Assembly: GCA_964016885.1 (NCBI GenBank)
Contig: OZ024754.1
Span: 18,848,001-18,912,000 of the forward strand
Length of the DNA: 64,000 bases
From: Eledone cirrhosa
Lineage: Eukaryota
Direction of reading: 5' to 3'
Part shown: piece after piece, positions 27,732-37,628 of the stretch
Position numbering within the stretch: position 1 is the first letter of the stretch
Layout of the letters: the number at the start of each line of letters is the position of its first letter
The notes under the pieces: generated by a model
The model's input: only the letters and a program-made list of their open reading frames with translations
Told to the model about the DNA's origin: nothing
Database searches by the model: none
Program-made: the position numbers and the translations under genes

Positions 27732-29259
27732 ATGGTGACAAAGACTGGACACCGAGCAATCTGCAAGGCAGCGGAAACATTTTTCGAAACCCAACAGCAC
27801 TGTACGGTCACGTACCGTACAGTAAGTACAAAATCCCGTAGGGTTGAAAGAGCCACAGAGGCTCAAATACAAAAAGCCTTGGGGTCTGTGTGGCAGCGGA
27901 AAACGCACATCACCCGAGGCAAAAAATATGCCACCGTAGACGTACTTTTTGCCACACCCCAGGAGGCAAAGGCTCAATCCGTAGTGACCCTAAGGAGCGA
28001 GGAAATGGTGTTGGTGCCCTCCTACTGCGGGCAAAAAATTGTGAGGGTCAAACTGACCCACGTCCCCCCCCCCGGGATGGCCCCTTCTTGGCTGGCCGCG
28101 TCTGTCCTCGTCGGAATCGAGGACAAAACAACTGTACTGCAAGTACAGAAAAAAGTAAGAGAAGATTGGGTCGGCACCTCCATTGAGATGCTAATCCAAA
28201 CCAACCAGGAGTGCATCGAAGCTATCCCGGATGTGATAGACTTCGATAACGGCACTCAACTGCCCACAAGTGTTGAAGGCAAACGCCCGAAATGCTTTCG
28301 CTGTGGATCGAAGACTCACCTCAGGGCCTTCTGCAACGAGAAGACCCTGAGAAAGGAGAAAACCCCCCTCCTTCCGAAACCGGCTCCACGGCTACCAGCA
28401 ACAGGACAAGCGGCAACCAGGAACGATAGGTCCGTGGCACCCATACCCACGCCACGGGATATAAAAACAGCAGCAGCAGTGGAAATATTAACAACAACAA
28501 CAGCAATACCAAATGCAGCTGCAACAGAGACTCCAGTGCAAACATCACCAACAACAACAAGTGAAAGAGTGGAGCTGGTACCCCTCCCCGACCTCACAGA
28601 ATCAGACATGGAATGTGAGGTGGGAGAGGGATGGCAAAAGGTCGTAAGAAGGCACAAACGCAGAAGCAGCGCATCGTCGCCTTTGAAAAGGGAGGAAAGA
28701 AATGAGAAAAGGGTAAAGTCTACTGCAAAGAGACTCACAGCAGCAACACCACCAACACCATCACCACCCACACTAGCACCACCATCACCACCGGCGACAA
28801 CCCCACCGCCAACAACACCTTCAACACCACCACCACAAGCACCAACATCGCAAACACAACAACAAAACACACACCCAGCAACAACGACAAGAAAAGAGCA
28901 GAACCACACCCCACCCCCAGAAAAACAAATGCACGGCAATAAATACACACAACAAGAAACTAATGACTTACATAATTGAACACACAGACATTTCACAACA
29001 CGACTACATAATACCAGCACCAATCAAAACACCAACTAACATAAGACTGCTAAAAATACCACAGAAACAATACACAAACATTAAAACGAAATTCCCCAAC
29101 GCAGTTGGTGATTTCAGGGACCTAGGAGGAACTATCAATCGAAGAGTATATTCAGACATACTCATAGAAGAGCCGACGACCAGCCGAAGGGACGATTCAC
29201 CAGACGATCAAGTGAAAAGGGATGTAAAAACCATCCCTCCTCTACGAAAAGTACGGTAA
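27732..29259 (+). pseudogene. LINE ORF1 (CCHC knuckle, Pro/Thr-rich linker), one frameshift near 28965
   Basis: CFRCGSKTHLRAFC; C-terminal KTKFP..GDFR..RRVYSDIL matches copy 1. The true start is probably further upstream. Confidence 0.8.
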
Positions 29260-29294
29260 GTGGTCTTTCCCATCTTTTCCACTCTATTTTAAAC

Positions 29295-32200
29295 ATGACC
29301 TCAATCAGAATAGGCAGCATAAATGCGCGTGGCTTGGGGTCGTCATGGAAGCAGGGTCACCTGCTCAACGACCTCAGGTCACTAAACATAGATGTAGTGG
29401 CCATTAGCGAGACCAGAATCTCCGAAGCACGGGCCTTCGCACCGATCTTCGGCGGCTACGATGTGTACGAATCTCCCAGCCGTCCTGGATCGGGGCGAGG
29501 AGTTGCTGTGCTTTTTCGGAGAGGTTTGGATCTCGCCATACGGGCCATCTTCCTGGACCCAGAGGGTAAGCTGGTGGTGCTGGACATGACCAGCGGAGAC
29601 GGGCAAGCTTTCAGGCTAGTGGCCGTCTATGCCCCGACAGGAGCAGGGCGGCCTGATTTCTTCCGGCGTCTGGAGACCTTTCTTGGAACGTCCCGCTCTT
29701 TAGTGTTAGTGGGCGACTGGAACGGGATCTTAGATGCACGCTGGGACTGTGTGGGTTTAGCGGATAGGGGTGGAGGGTGCAAGAGCCTCACCAACCTGCT
29801 CAGGCGTTTTGAACTGTCTGACAGGTACCGATTGGATTTCCCGAATGTGCCAATGTGGACTTGGACAAATCTCATAGGGGCATCCAGATCATATCTAGAT
29901 AGAGTATTTTGTAGGGAAATAGATAGGTCTAGCATAGGCTGTCCACAATTCAAGATAGTCAGCTACACGGACCACAAATTCGTGATCTGTGTGCTTGACT
30001 TAGATAGGCTTCATAGACGAGGACCCGGCTACTGGAAGCTAAACGCGTCCTTACCAGCGCGCAAGGCCTACAGAGACCGGATTAGCGAACTAGTTAAGCG
30101 GGCGTTGACGGGTGCCATCGTCCACAAGAAGTGGTGGTTTGCTCTGAAAAGAGCAATTAGAATAGAGTCCATTAGGTTTAGTAAGGCTTTAGCAATAGAG
30201 AAAAATAGAGCAGAAAGAGAACTAGTTAGAAAATTAGACGAGGCGCTTTGCAAAGGCATTGCGACCGACGTGCTTGCGGCGAAATTGGCCCTTGACCAAT
30301 TCTTCAATGCAAAGCACGAAGGCTGCGTTGTCAGAGCAAGGGTGCGTGCTCTCAGACACGAGGGGACGAAAGCCGTTCAATGGGCCCGAGTGGCGGAGGC
30401 GCGTCGTGGCAACAAAGCCACGATCCGGTCTTTGGTGGACCACGACGGGCGCATGCTACTCCATCCCGGGAAAATGTGTGAAGCTTTTCAGCGACACTTC
30501 GCTCAGCTGTTCGGGGGCAGCGGTGGGCCGGGTCGAGGGATGGACTTTAGTGTCTACCTCGACGGACTGCCGCGGCTCTCGGCCACTGAGGTGAAGTGTT
30601 GCGAAAAGCCGATAACAGCCGCTGAAGTAAGGGAGGCAATGACTGGCTGCACAAGGGGTAAATCGCCTGGTTTGGATGGTCTGCCCTATGAACTTTACGT
30701 TCAGATGCCAGACTTGTTCGGAGGCCTCTTGGCGGACGTCTACTGCAACTGGCAACAGAACGGGAGAATTCCCAGTTCTGTGAGCCGAGGAGCGGTGGCA
30801 CTGCTGAGAAAGGATCCGAACAAGGGGGATAACATAGATAATTTCCGGCCCATAACTCTGCTAAACACAGAGTTCAAGATTTTGGCCAAGGTGCTAGCAA
30901 AGAGGTTGGCGCTTGTCGTTGGTGGTCTGGTGGGAGAGGCGCAGACATGCGCCATTCCCGACAGATCCATCCACGACAACCTCCACCTCATAAGATACAC
31001 CGTAGAGAGGGTAGCTAGGGAACCTGGCACGGGTGGGTCCTTGATCAATTTAGATCAGTCGAAAGCTTTCGATAGGGTCGACCATCGTTACCTAGCGGCA
31101 GTCCTGAGGGCGGCTGGCTTTGGGCCCGTCTTCAGAGGCTGGATCGCTGCCATGCACAGCGACATCTGCTCTGTGGTGAGAGTGAACGGTCACCTGTCGG
31201 AACCGTTCAACATCATGCGCTCGGTCCGCCAAGGATGTCCCCTCTCGTCCCTCTTCTACGTATTGACTCTCGAGCCATTACTGCACAAACTGGAGACGTT
31301 GAGGGGCGTCCCGCGTGAACTTGGATGCGGAAGATCCGTGTCAGCATATGCGGACGATGTAACCGTAGTGGTGTCGAACGCCAAACGCATCGAGGCGTTC
31401 GGCACTACACTAAGAGAATACGAAGCGGTGACAGGAGCAATGATCAACCAGGAAAAGTCAGTGGGCCTGCAGCTCGGCACCTGGGGAGGCAGGTCCATGC
31501 CGTCCAACGGACCGGTTAAATTGCTAGGGGTCTGGTTCGGTCCGGACCTCCAGACGGACAAAAACTGGGACGAGGTGACGAGCAGGGTGGCTTCTCTCAC
31601 CCAGAAATGGGCGGAGAGGAAGCTATCCCTGAAAGGTCGAGCGGAGGTGGCTAACGCGTACATCGCGTCTGTCATCTGCTACCGCCTGACCGTCGTACCT
31701 TGTCCTAAGCCTCGCCTGACTGCGCTGGAGCGTTTGCCCTTTCGCTTTTTGTGGAAGGGACGAGCTCCGATGGTCAGGCGGTCCATCTGTTGTCAACACC
31801 CGCTACGTGGAGGGCTGGGCATGCCGTGGCTGATGATGCGCAGGCACGCGCTCAGGCTACGACATCTCCACCTCTTCCTCGACGGTGATCAGGTGTGGTC
31901 GCCGTTTGCTAGACACGTATTTCCCCAGCTCGTTTCCTTGACGGAGCTGCATTCCTGGGTCAAGCGAAGACCGAGAGGGAGCGCCTGGAGACTGGAATGT
32001 CTTCAGGCGCTCACAGCTCTCGACCAATCGGGCAATGTGATCGGTGGAAACTCCACATCGGCGTTCTATAGAGGATTAGTGGAGGGGAAGAGGGACGACG
32101 TACTTGGGAAACTCTAGGCGTCGACGAAAATCAACTAGCCAATCTCTTCGGAAGAACTTTCGGGCCAGGGCCTATGGACAACTTCCAGAAATCTCTGGCC

Positions 32201-32387
32201 TGGCAGTGCTACCGAGGAGCCTTGCCAGTTCGGGATAAACTCTACAGGCATGGAGGTGCCGTCAACCGGGCATGTCCGAGATGCGCGCAGGGCGACGAAA
32301 CCGTCCTGCACGCACTCGTCCAGTGTCCGAAAATTGCTGACTTGTGGGTTTATGTCGAACACCTGCTGTCGCGTTTAGGACGGATCC
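29295..32387 (+). pseudogene. LINE ORF2 (APE-RT-CCHC), 940 aa open then frameshift
   Basis: MTSIRIGSINARG start; same motifs as copy 1; 8-aa deletion (SVIGRWTD); frameshift near 32107. Confidence 0.93.
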
Positions 32388-32821
32388 GGATGCTGAAGAA
32401 GATTTAGAGGTGACGTTCTTGGAGTACGGATGAAGAAACGATGAAACCATGAAATATTACGGCAGCGTCTTCTATGTTGTGCTCTGGGGTTAGTGTGGTC
32501 ATTACTGCCATAATGGGTGTTATTCCTGCTGCTACCAAGACCGGGCCCTTTGCATCCACCGTCCCTATTTGCCGTATGTGTTTCTATGCCATTGAGGAAG
32601 TTCGCAGGTTTGATTTTACACTTATTGGTAGGTGTAGATAGCAGCCCATCCCCATTATTTCGTCTATATGCTGGGAATATATCAAGGTTAGTTGATCCAA
32701 TTTTATTTGTGGAGTATGGTTGGTTATTATAACCAGACCTAACTAATCTATTACTATGAAGATATTTCTTGGTGCTATTCATCTTACCTAATCTAGTTTT
32801 ATTATTCCTATCGTCTGTAAT

Positions 32822-33000
32822 GGGCGGTGGATTGGCAGTATCGGTAGAGAGTCGGACGCCATGCTTTGACGCATAGAGGTACGGCCCTTGCCATTCTGAG
32901 TTCAAATCCCGCCGAGGTTAACTTTGCCTTACGGGGTCAATAAAATAAAGTACCAGTAATGCACTGGGTAATTGCTGGCCTTGTGCCAAAAGTAGAAACA
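32822..33000 (+). mobile_element. tRNA-derived SINE with ~21-bp TSD
   Basis: TSD attattc[c/a]tatcgtctgtaat at 32801-32821 and 33001-33021. Confidence 0.92.
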
Positions 33001-33853
33001 ATTATTCATATCGTCTGTAATGTCACTGCGTTGTGTGATTACGTCATTACTATTATATGGGAAATTAAGAGATTTAATATCATGGATGTAAAAGATCTTA
33101 TTAATATAGCCTGACGCTGCCAGCGCACTGTTATAATAATCTGCAGTGTTATTAAGTATGTCCTCATTGACCGAAAGCCTTGAAATTCTATGAGAGACGT
33201 TCTTCACTATAGAGTTGAGGATAGAAGGGCGTGGTTAGATGATTTACTAACGTTAGAAAGCACCTCACCAGGCTTAAGGTATGGTCGGTATAGACCTGTA
33301 TCTAGTTCTAATGTTACATCTAGGAAGTTAACTATCTTATGGTTACCGAAAGGCCGTTTGTTTTAAAGAATTTGTGTATATGTTTACTAATATTTTCTAT
33401 TCTACGAGGGTTGTGATTTTTTACGGTAACTAGGGCGTCGTCTCTATATAAGCCTCCCTGAACTGCCGGGATCTACTCTCTAAGTCTGTAAAGGAGGTAG
33501 TTGCCGACAAGGGCCGTTACCTGGGCAGAGTCACTCGACCCCATCGTGATATGAAAGTTATCGGGTCGGTTGGCTCTGGTCCTGTAGGAGCCGTCGAAGT
33601 CGATGATAGTACGTCTAGCAGTAAGCACTATATCTATTTCATTTTTAGTAATATTAGTGTTAGATTTAGCTAAGATCAAAGCTTTGTTTAATAGGATAGG
33701 GGAGATAGAAGCATAGTAGTTGTCAATTTCGAATTTTAGAAATTTAAGTGCTTTCTTTTCCGGTATCTTAGTGAACCAATCAATAACTTGATCTGTGTTG
33801 TTCCTTAGCAAAATACTAGCCTTATCCTTTAATATCGGTATTATTCTATCTAA

Positions 33854-34038
33854 GGGCGGTGGATTGGCAGTATCGGTAGAGGGTCGGACGCCATGCTTTC
33901 CAGCATAGTTACGTCCCTTTACGATCTGAGTTCAAATCCCGCCGAGGTTGACTTTGCCTTTCATCCTTACGGGGTCGATAAAATAAAGTACCAGTAATGC
34001 ACTGGGTATTTGCTGGCCTTGTGCCTAACGTAGAAACA
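33854..34038 (+). mobile_element. tRNA-derived SINE inserted in PLE RT coding sequence
   Basis: TSD attattctatcta at 33840-33852 and 34039-34051; removing it restores KIILD-RIIP. Confidence 0.92.
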
Positions 34039-34219
34039 ATTATTCTATCTAGGATTATTTTACTAATTTTACCAATGTCCGATGTAGAGGGGCATATTAT
34101 TTTAATCGAGGGGTTATCATTAAAATGAACCAGTGTGATCCTTAAGGGGGAATCTCGGTGTCATAGGTTATAACTTTAATAAGAAATGTCATTTGTGTCT
34201 GATGGAAGCATATTATATT

Positions 34220-34415
34220 GGGCGGTGGATTGGCAATATCGGTAGAGGGTCGGACGCCATGCTTTGCTTTGCAGCAAAGAGTTACGGCCCTTTGTGGTCT
34301 GAGTTCAAACTCCGTCGAGGTTAACTTTGCCTTTCATCCTTACGGGGGTCGATAAAATAAAGTACCAGTAATACACTGGGATAATTGCTGGCCTTGTGCC
34401 AAAAGTAGAAACAAC
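34220..34415 (+). mobile_element. tRNA-derived SINE in inverted PLE terminal repeat
   Basis: TSD tattatatt at 34211-34219 and 34416-34424; the empty site is present at ~18025-18036. Confidence 0.92.
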
Positions 34416-34972
34416 TATTATATTATATGCCCCCTACCTACACTCATTAACAATAAAGCTGAAACAGTAATCAATTGCCCACATACACTTCCTTATCTTT
34501 CTCTAATAGAGTCTATGATCCCATATAGCCATCTTAAATGTTCAATCTCAACTTCTCCCCGCTCAACCCTAAAATAGACCCTCTATCAGCTATTTCCTAT
34601 AGATTAGCCAGGATATCTAAATCACTGCTGCTCAAAATTGGTTACTTAATTGAAGAGGGTACACCTTGGCCCACATCACACCACTTAACATCTACTCTAT
34701 CAATGTCACTTAACTTTGGTTAGTTATAATTAATCTTTTTCTTAAATACACCATAGTTACTTCCCTTAAATAATTATGCCCCTTTGTAACCGCCATTTTG
34801 AATTTATAAGTTAGTCCTTATTTAAAATTATTCGGGTTAAAGTATGAACTCCGACGTATGCTTGCCTCTGAGTATTCCTCTGAAGAAATAATTATTCCAG
34901 TAATGGTAAATTTCATTTGCTGTTGTATAGATTAGACTACTTCCAGCAACATCATTAAAGACTATTATGTTT

Positions 34973-35085
34973 CTTCTCTGAAGATAAGAACATATTCTGT
35001 AAAATAATACATACGCACATACGCACATATATATATAGACCTGTTATATTGATATTATGCCTTAGATGAAACACTGTGTAAGGAG
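34973..35085 (+). ncRNA. Candidate hammerhead with long stem II insert (mirror copy 17371-17481 minus)
   Basis: cttct-CTGAAGA-taag..cata..tatg..ctta gat-GAAA-CACTGTG-TA-aggag; the base of stem II is imperfect. Confidence 0.45.
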
Positions 35086-35414
35086 TAAATTTTGTTTTTA
35101 AATGTATTGCCTTCTCCTCCATTTATTTTTGCTTATACCTGCTCCGCTTACCTTCTGAGCTTAACTCTCATTAGATATTAACCTTACTATGATATTTAAC
35201 ATTGCATCTCTAAGCATTGAGCATACTTCGCTTCTGCTATTGGCATCTAATATATTATATCATAGTTCTTTTTCTTCTACTCTTATGATATATGACTTTT
35301 CTTCGATATATATATGCTGACAACATTAAATTATTCCTAACAAGCTCATATGTCCCAAGGCTCTGATACCATCAACACTATAAACACAGAGCTGGCATAT
35401 CTAAGAACTGACTA

Positions 35415-35470
35415 ACTGCCTGATGAGGTCATAGCCATTCAATGGCTATCATCGAAATATATATAGCAGT
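35415..35470 (+). ncRNA. Type I hammerhead ribozyme, canonical core
   Basis: actgc-CTGATGA-ggtcatagcca ttcaa tggctatcatc-GAAA-TATATA-TA-gcagt, followed by aaataaa. Confidence 0.85.
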
Positions 35471-35531
35471 AAATAAAGGATTATGAGTCCATGCAATTGA
35501 CTTATGTTTCGTCACTATATATATATATATA

Positions 35532-36035
35532 TATAGAGAAAATTGAGGTTGCTAATGGCACATGGAATATATAAGAGACAGAATACTTTTTTGTGAAAAA
35601 ACATAATTTTATAAGGTAAGGAAATAATAAAGGGTATAAAAAATGACCGGTTTCGATGGGTCTGCAAAAGCCATCTTTTCAAATGTTGATTAATATTAAG
35701 AAAAATTAATAATACGAAGAGTTAAAATTTGAGACTTGAAAATTCAAGTATAAAATTCATTGTGGGATTTCATAGCAGTTTTCATCTAGGTAGCAACAAC
35801 AGGTTGACTGCTGTGTCCCTTTCTGGTAGTGAATGAGAAGTTATTTGGGGTGTGGGTTATTTTATAAAGGTCAGATTTAGCAATCGCCAGCTGCTGGTCA
35901 GTGAGGGGGTGGAAGCAATATACACACACATATCTTCCTGTGATGGGTAGGAGAGTGGAGCGTGATAGAAAAGGATTTAGTGCACTTACACCTATATATA
36001 CACACATACCTTCATCCACACATACATACATATAC

Positions 36036-36078
<43 letters not shown>

Positions 36079-36149
36079 CACACATACATACACACACACA
36101 TACATATACATACACACATACACACACACACACATATATATATACACAT

Positions 36150-36206
<57 letters not shown>

Positions 36207-36245
36207 TATATATACATACACATACATCCAGATACACACATACAT

Positions 36246-36334
<89 letters not shown>

Positions 36335-36338
36335 TATA
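35532..36338 (-). repeat. 5' inverted pseudo-LTR including compound (TA)n/(CA)n tract
   Basis: Reverse complement of ~40482-41276 with very few differences. Confidence 0.93.
35640..35687 (-). ncRNA. Minimal hammerhead, U3-A8 variant (inverted pLTR copy)
   Basis: Reverse complement of 41121-41168. Confidence 0.65.
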
Positions 36339-36362
36339 TACTAACCTACGCAAATCCGGAAA

Positions 36363-37628
36363 ATGGCACTGGAACAAGACAACACCACTTCAAACTCCAA
36401 TATCAATGAGGAAATCCTGAAAATCCTAAAAGAGATAAATGGAAAACTCACCATTCTGACAAAAAAACAGGATATACCCCAAACCACCACACCGACTGAC
36501 AACCAAATTTATTTAAACGTTCAAAACGTATGCAACTCAATCGAAAAACTTATGAATACCAACACAGAACAAACGACATTGCTCCATATCAAAAACCAAA
36601 TGGGACACCTCTGGAAAAAACATCTAAAAACCAGAAAATTCACTTTCTGGAATATGATAAAAAACCTCAACAAAGCTGGAATTTACCAAAAATGGATTAA
36701 CTCAACACCGATAGTTTTACCACGTAAATTCCAAATAAAGCATATTACAAACGAACCTGAACCAGAAAGAAAACTCCGTGAACAAATGTCACTCAACAGG
36801 ATAAACATGGAAATAGAACTCCTAAAATTAAGGGCCACCTCAAACGAGCAAGAGTATAAGGATACTGATAAAAATATGGAGGAAGAATGCACTAAAAAGG
36901 CCGAGGGAACAACCCTACAAAATTTAATCAAATCGTGGAAACAGGACTGCGAGAATGCAGAAACTATTTCCCTTAAACGGTGGGAAAAATCCGAAAACTG
37001 GTTCCTCAAATATGAAGAAGACTTTAAAAGGACGCACCAAACAGGTAACCCCTTTATAAAGCATTTGAACATAACAAGAACTACAACAGACACATTTACA
37101 CCACCAAACCCAACACACACTAACCACAGGCACATCCCCCACCAACACAAACCAAATACGGCCAACTACACCAAAAGAAACACACCCAACCACCACAACA
37201 CAGGTTTCCGTAGAAATGCCCCCTACATAAACCAACGACGAAATAACATAGATCCAACTCACAACACACACACCACATTCCTCAGAAGAAATCCACCCAG
37301 GCCACTTGAAATCACAACAGAACTTACCCACAACCACACCAGACATCACCCTCAATCCAACAAAAGACAACCCCCCAGCCTCAACACTCTGTACCACAGA
37401 AATAACGCACCCAGACCACATGAACCAACAACAGAACCCTTGCTCATCAACAACCACAACACATACCACCCCCACCATCACATTCACCCTCATGAAACAA
37501 CAAGCTACAGACCCACACGCAACAGACCAACAAAATATAATCACACACAAAACTACATTCCTTTTTTAGGGAAAAGCCTGAAATACCAGGATACTCGATG
37601 GCCCCCCCTCAGGAGAAACCAAAAATAA
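36363..37628 (+). CDS. PLE ORF1: helical/coiled-coil-like N-half, His/Thr/Asn/Pro-rich disordered C-half
   Basis: 421-aa open frame directly inside the pLTR; heptad-like [20 protein letters not shown] and [22 protein letters not shown]; overlaps ORF2 in the -1 frame. Confidence 0.75.
   Translation: MALEQDNTTSNSNINEEILKILKEINGKLTILTKKQDIPQTTTPTDNQIYLNVQNVCNSIEKLMNTNTEQTTLLHIKNQMGHLWKKHLKTRKFTFWNMIKNLNKAGIYQKWINSTPIVLPRKFQIKHITNEPEPERKLREQMSLNRINMEIELLKLRATSNEQEYKDTDKNMEEECTKKAEGTTLQNLIKSWKQDCENAETISLKRWEKSENWFLKYEEDFKRTHQTGNPFIKHLNITRTTTDTFTPPNPTHTNHRHIPHQHKPNTANYTKRNTPNHHNTGFRRNAPYINQRRNNIDPTHNTHTTFLRRNPPRPLEITTELTHNHTRHHPQSNKRQPPSLNTLYHRNNAPRPHEPTTEPLLINNHNTYHPHHHIHPHETTSYRPTRNRPTKYNHTQNYIPFLGKSLKYQDTRWPPLRRNQK

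Larger units (their letters stand above)
26949..32387 (+). mobile_element. Tx1/L1-type LINE, copy 2, 3' end deleted
   Basis: Begins right after (ATT)6. ORF2 is near-identical to copy 1; homology ends at ~32387 without a poly(A). Confidence 0.92.
32388..34128 (-). mobile_element. RT-bearing part of the split Penelope-like element
   Basis: Minus strand: NPSIKIICPSTSDIGKISKIILD, QVIDWF, FEIDNYYASI, MGSSDSAQV, GLYRDDAL, TFLDVTL, YRPYLKP, then a low-complexity Asn-rich linker. Confidence 0.88.
34125..35515 (+). repeat. Inverted pseudo-LTR of the split PLE
   Basis: Reverse complement of 17322-18112 up to ~35133; continues ~380 bp further to a (TA)n run. Confidence 0.85.

Noticed and set aside
23297-32450. 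Short antisense and alternate-frame ORFs within LINE ORF2, duplicated in both copies
   Set aside because: Shadows of GC-rich coding sequence; the duplication reflects ORF2 identity, not independent selection.
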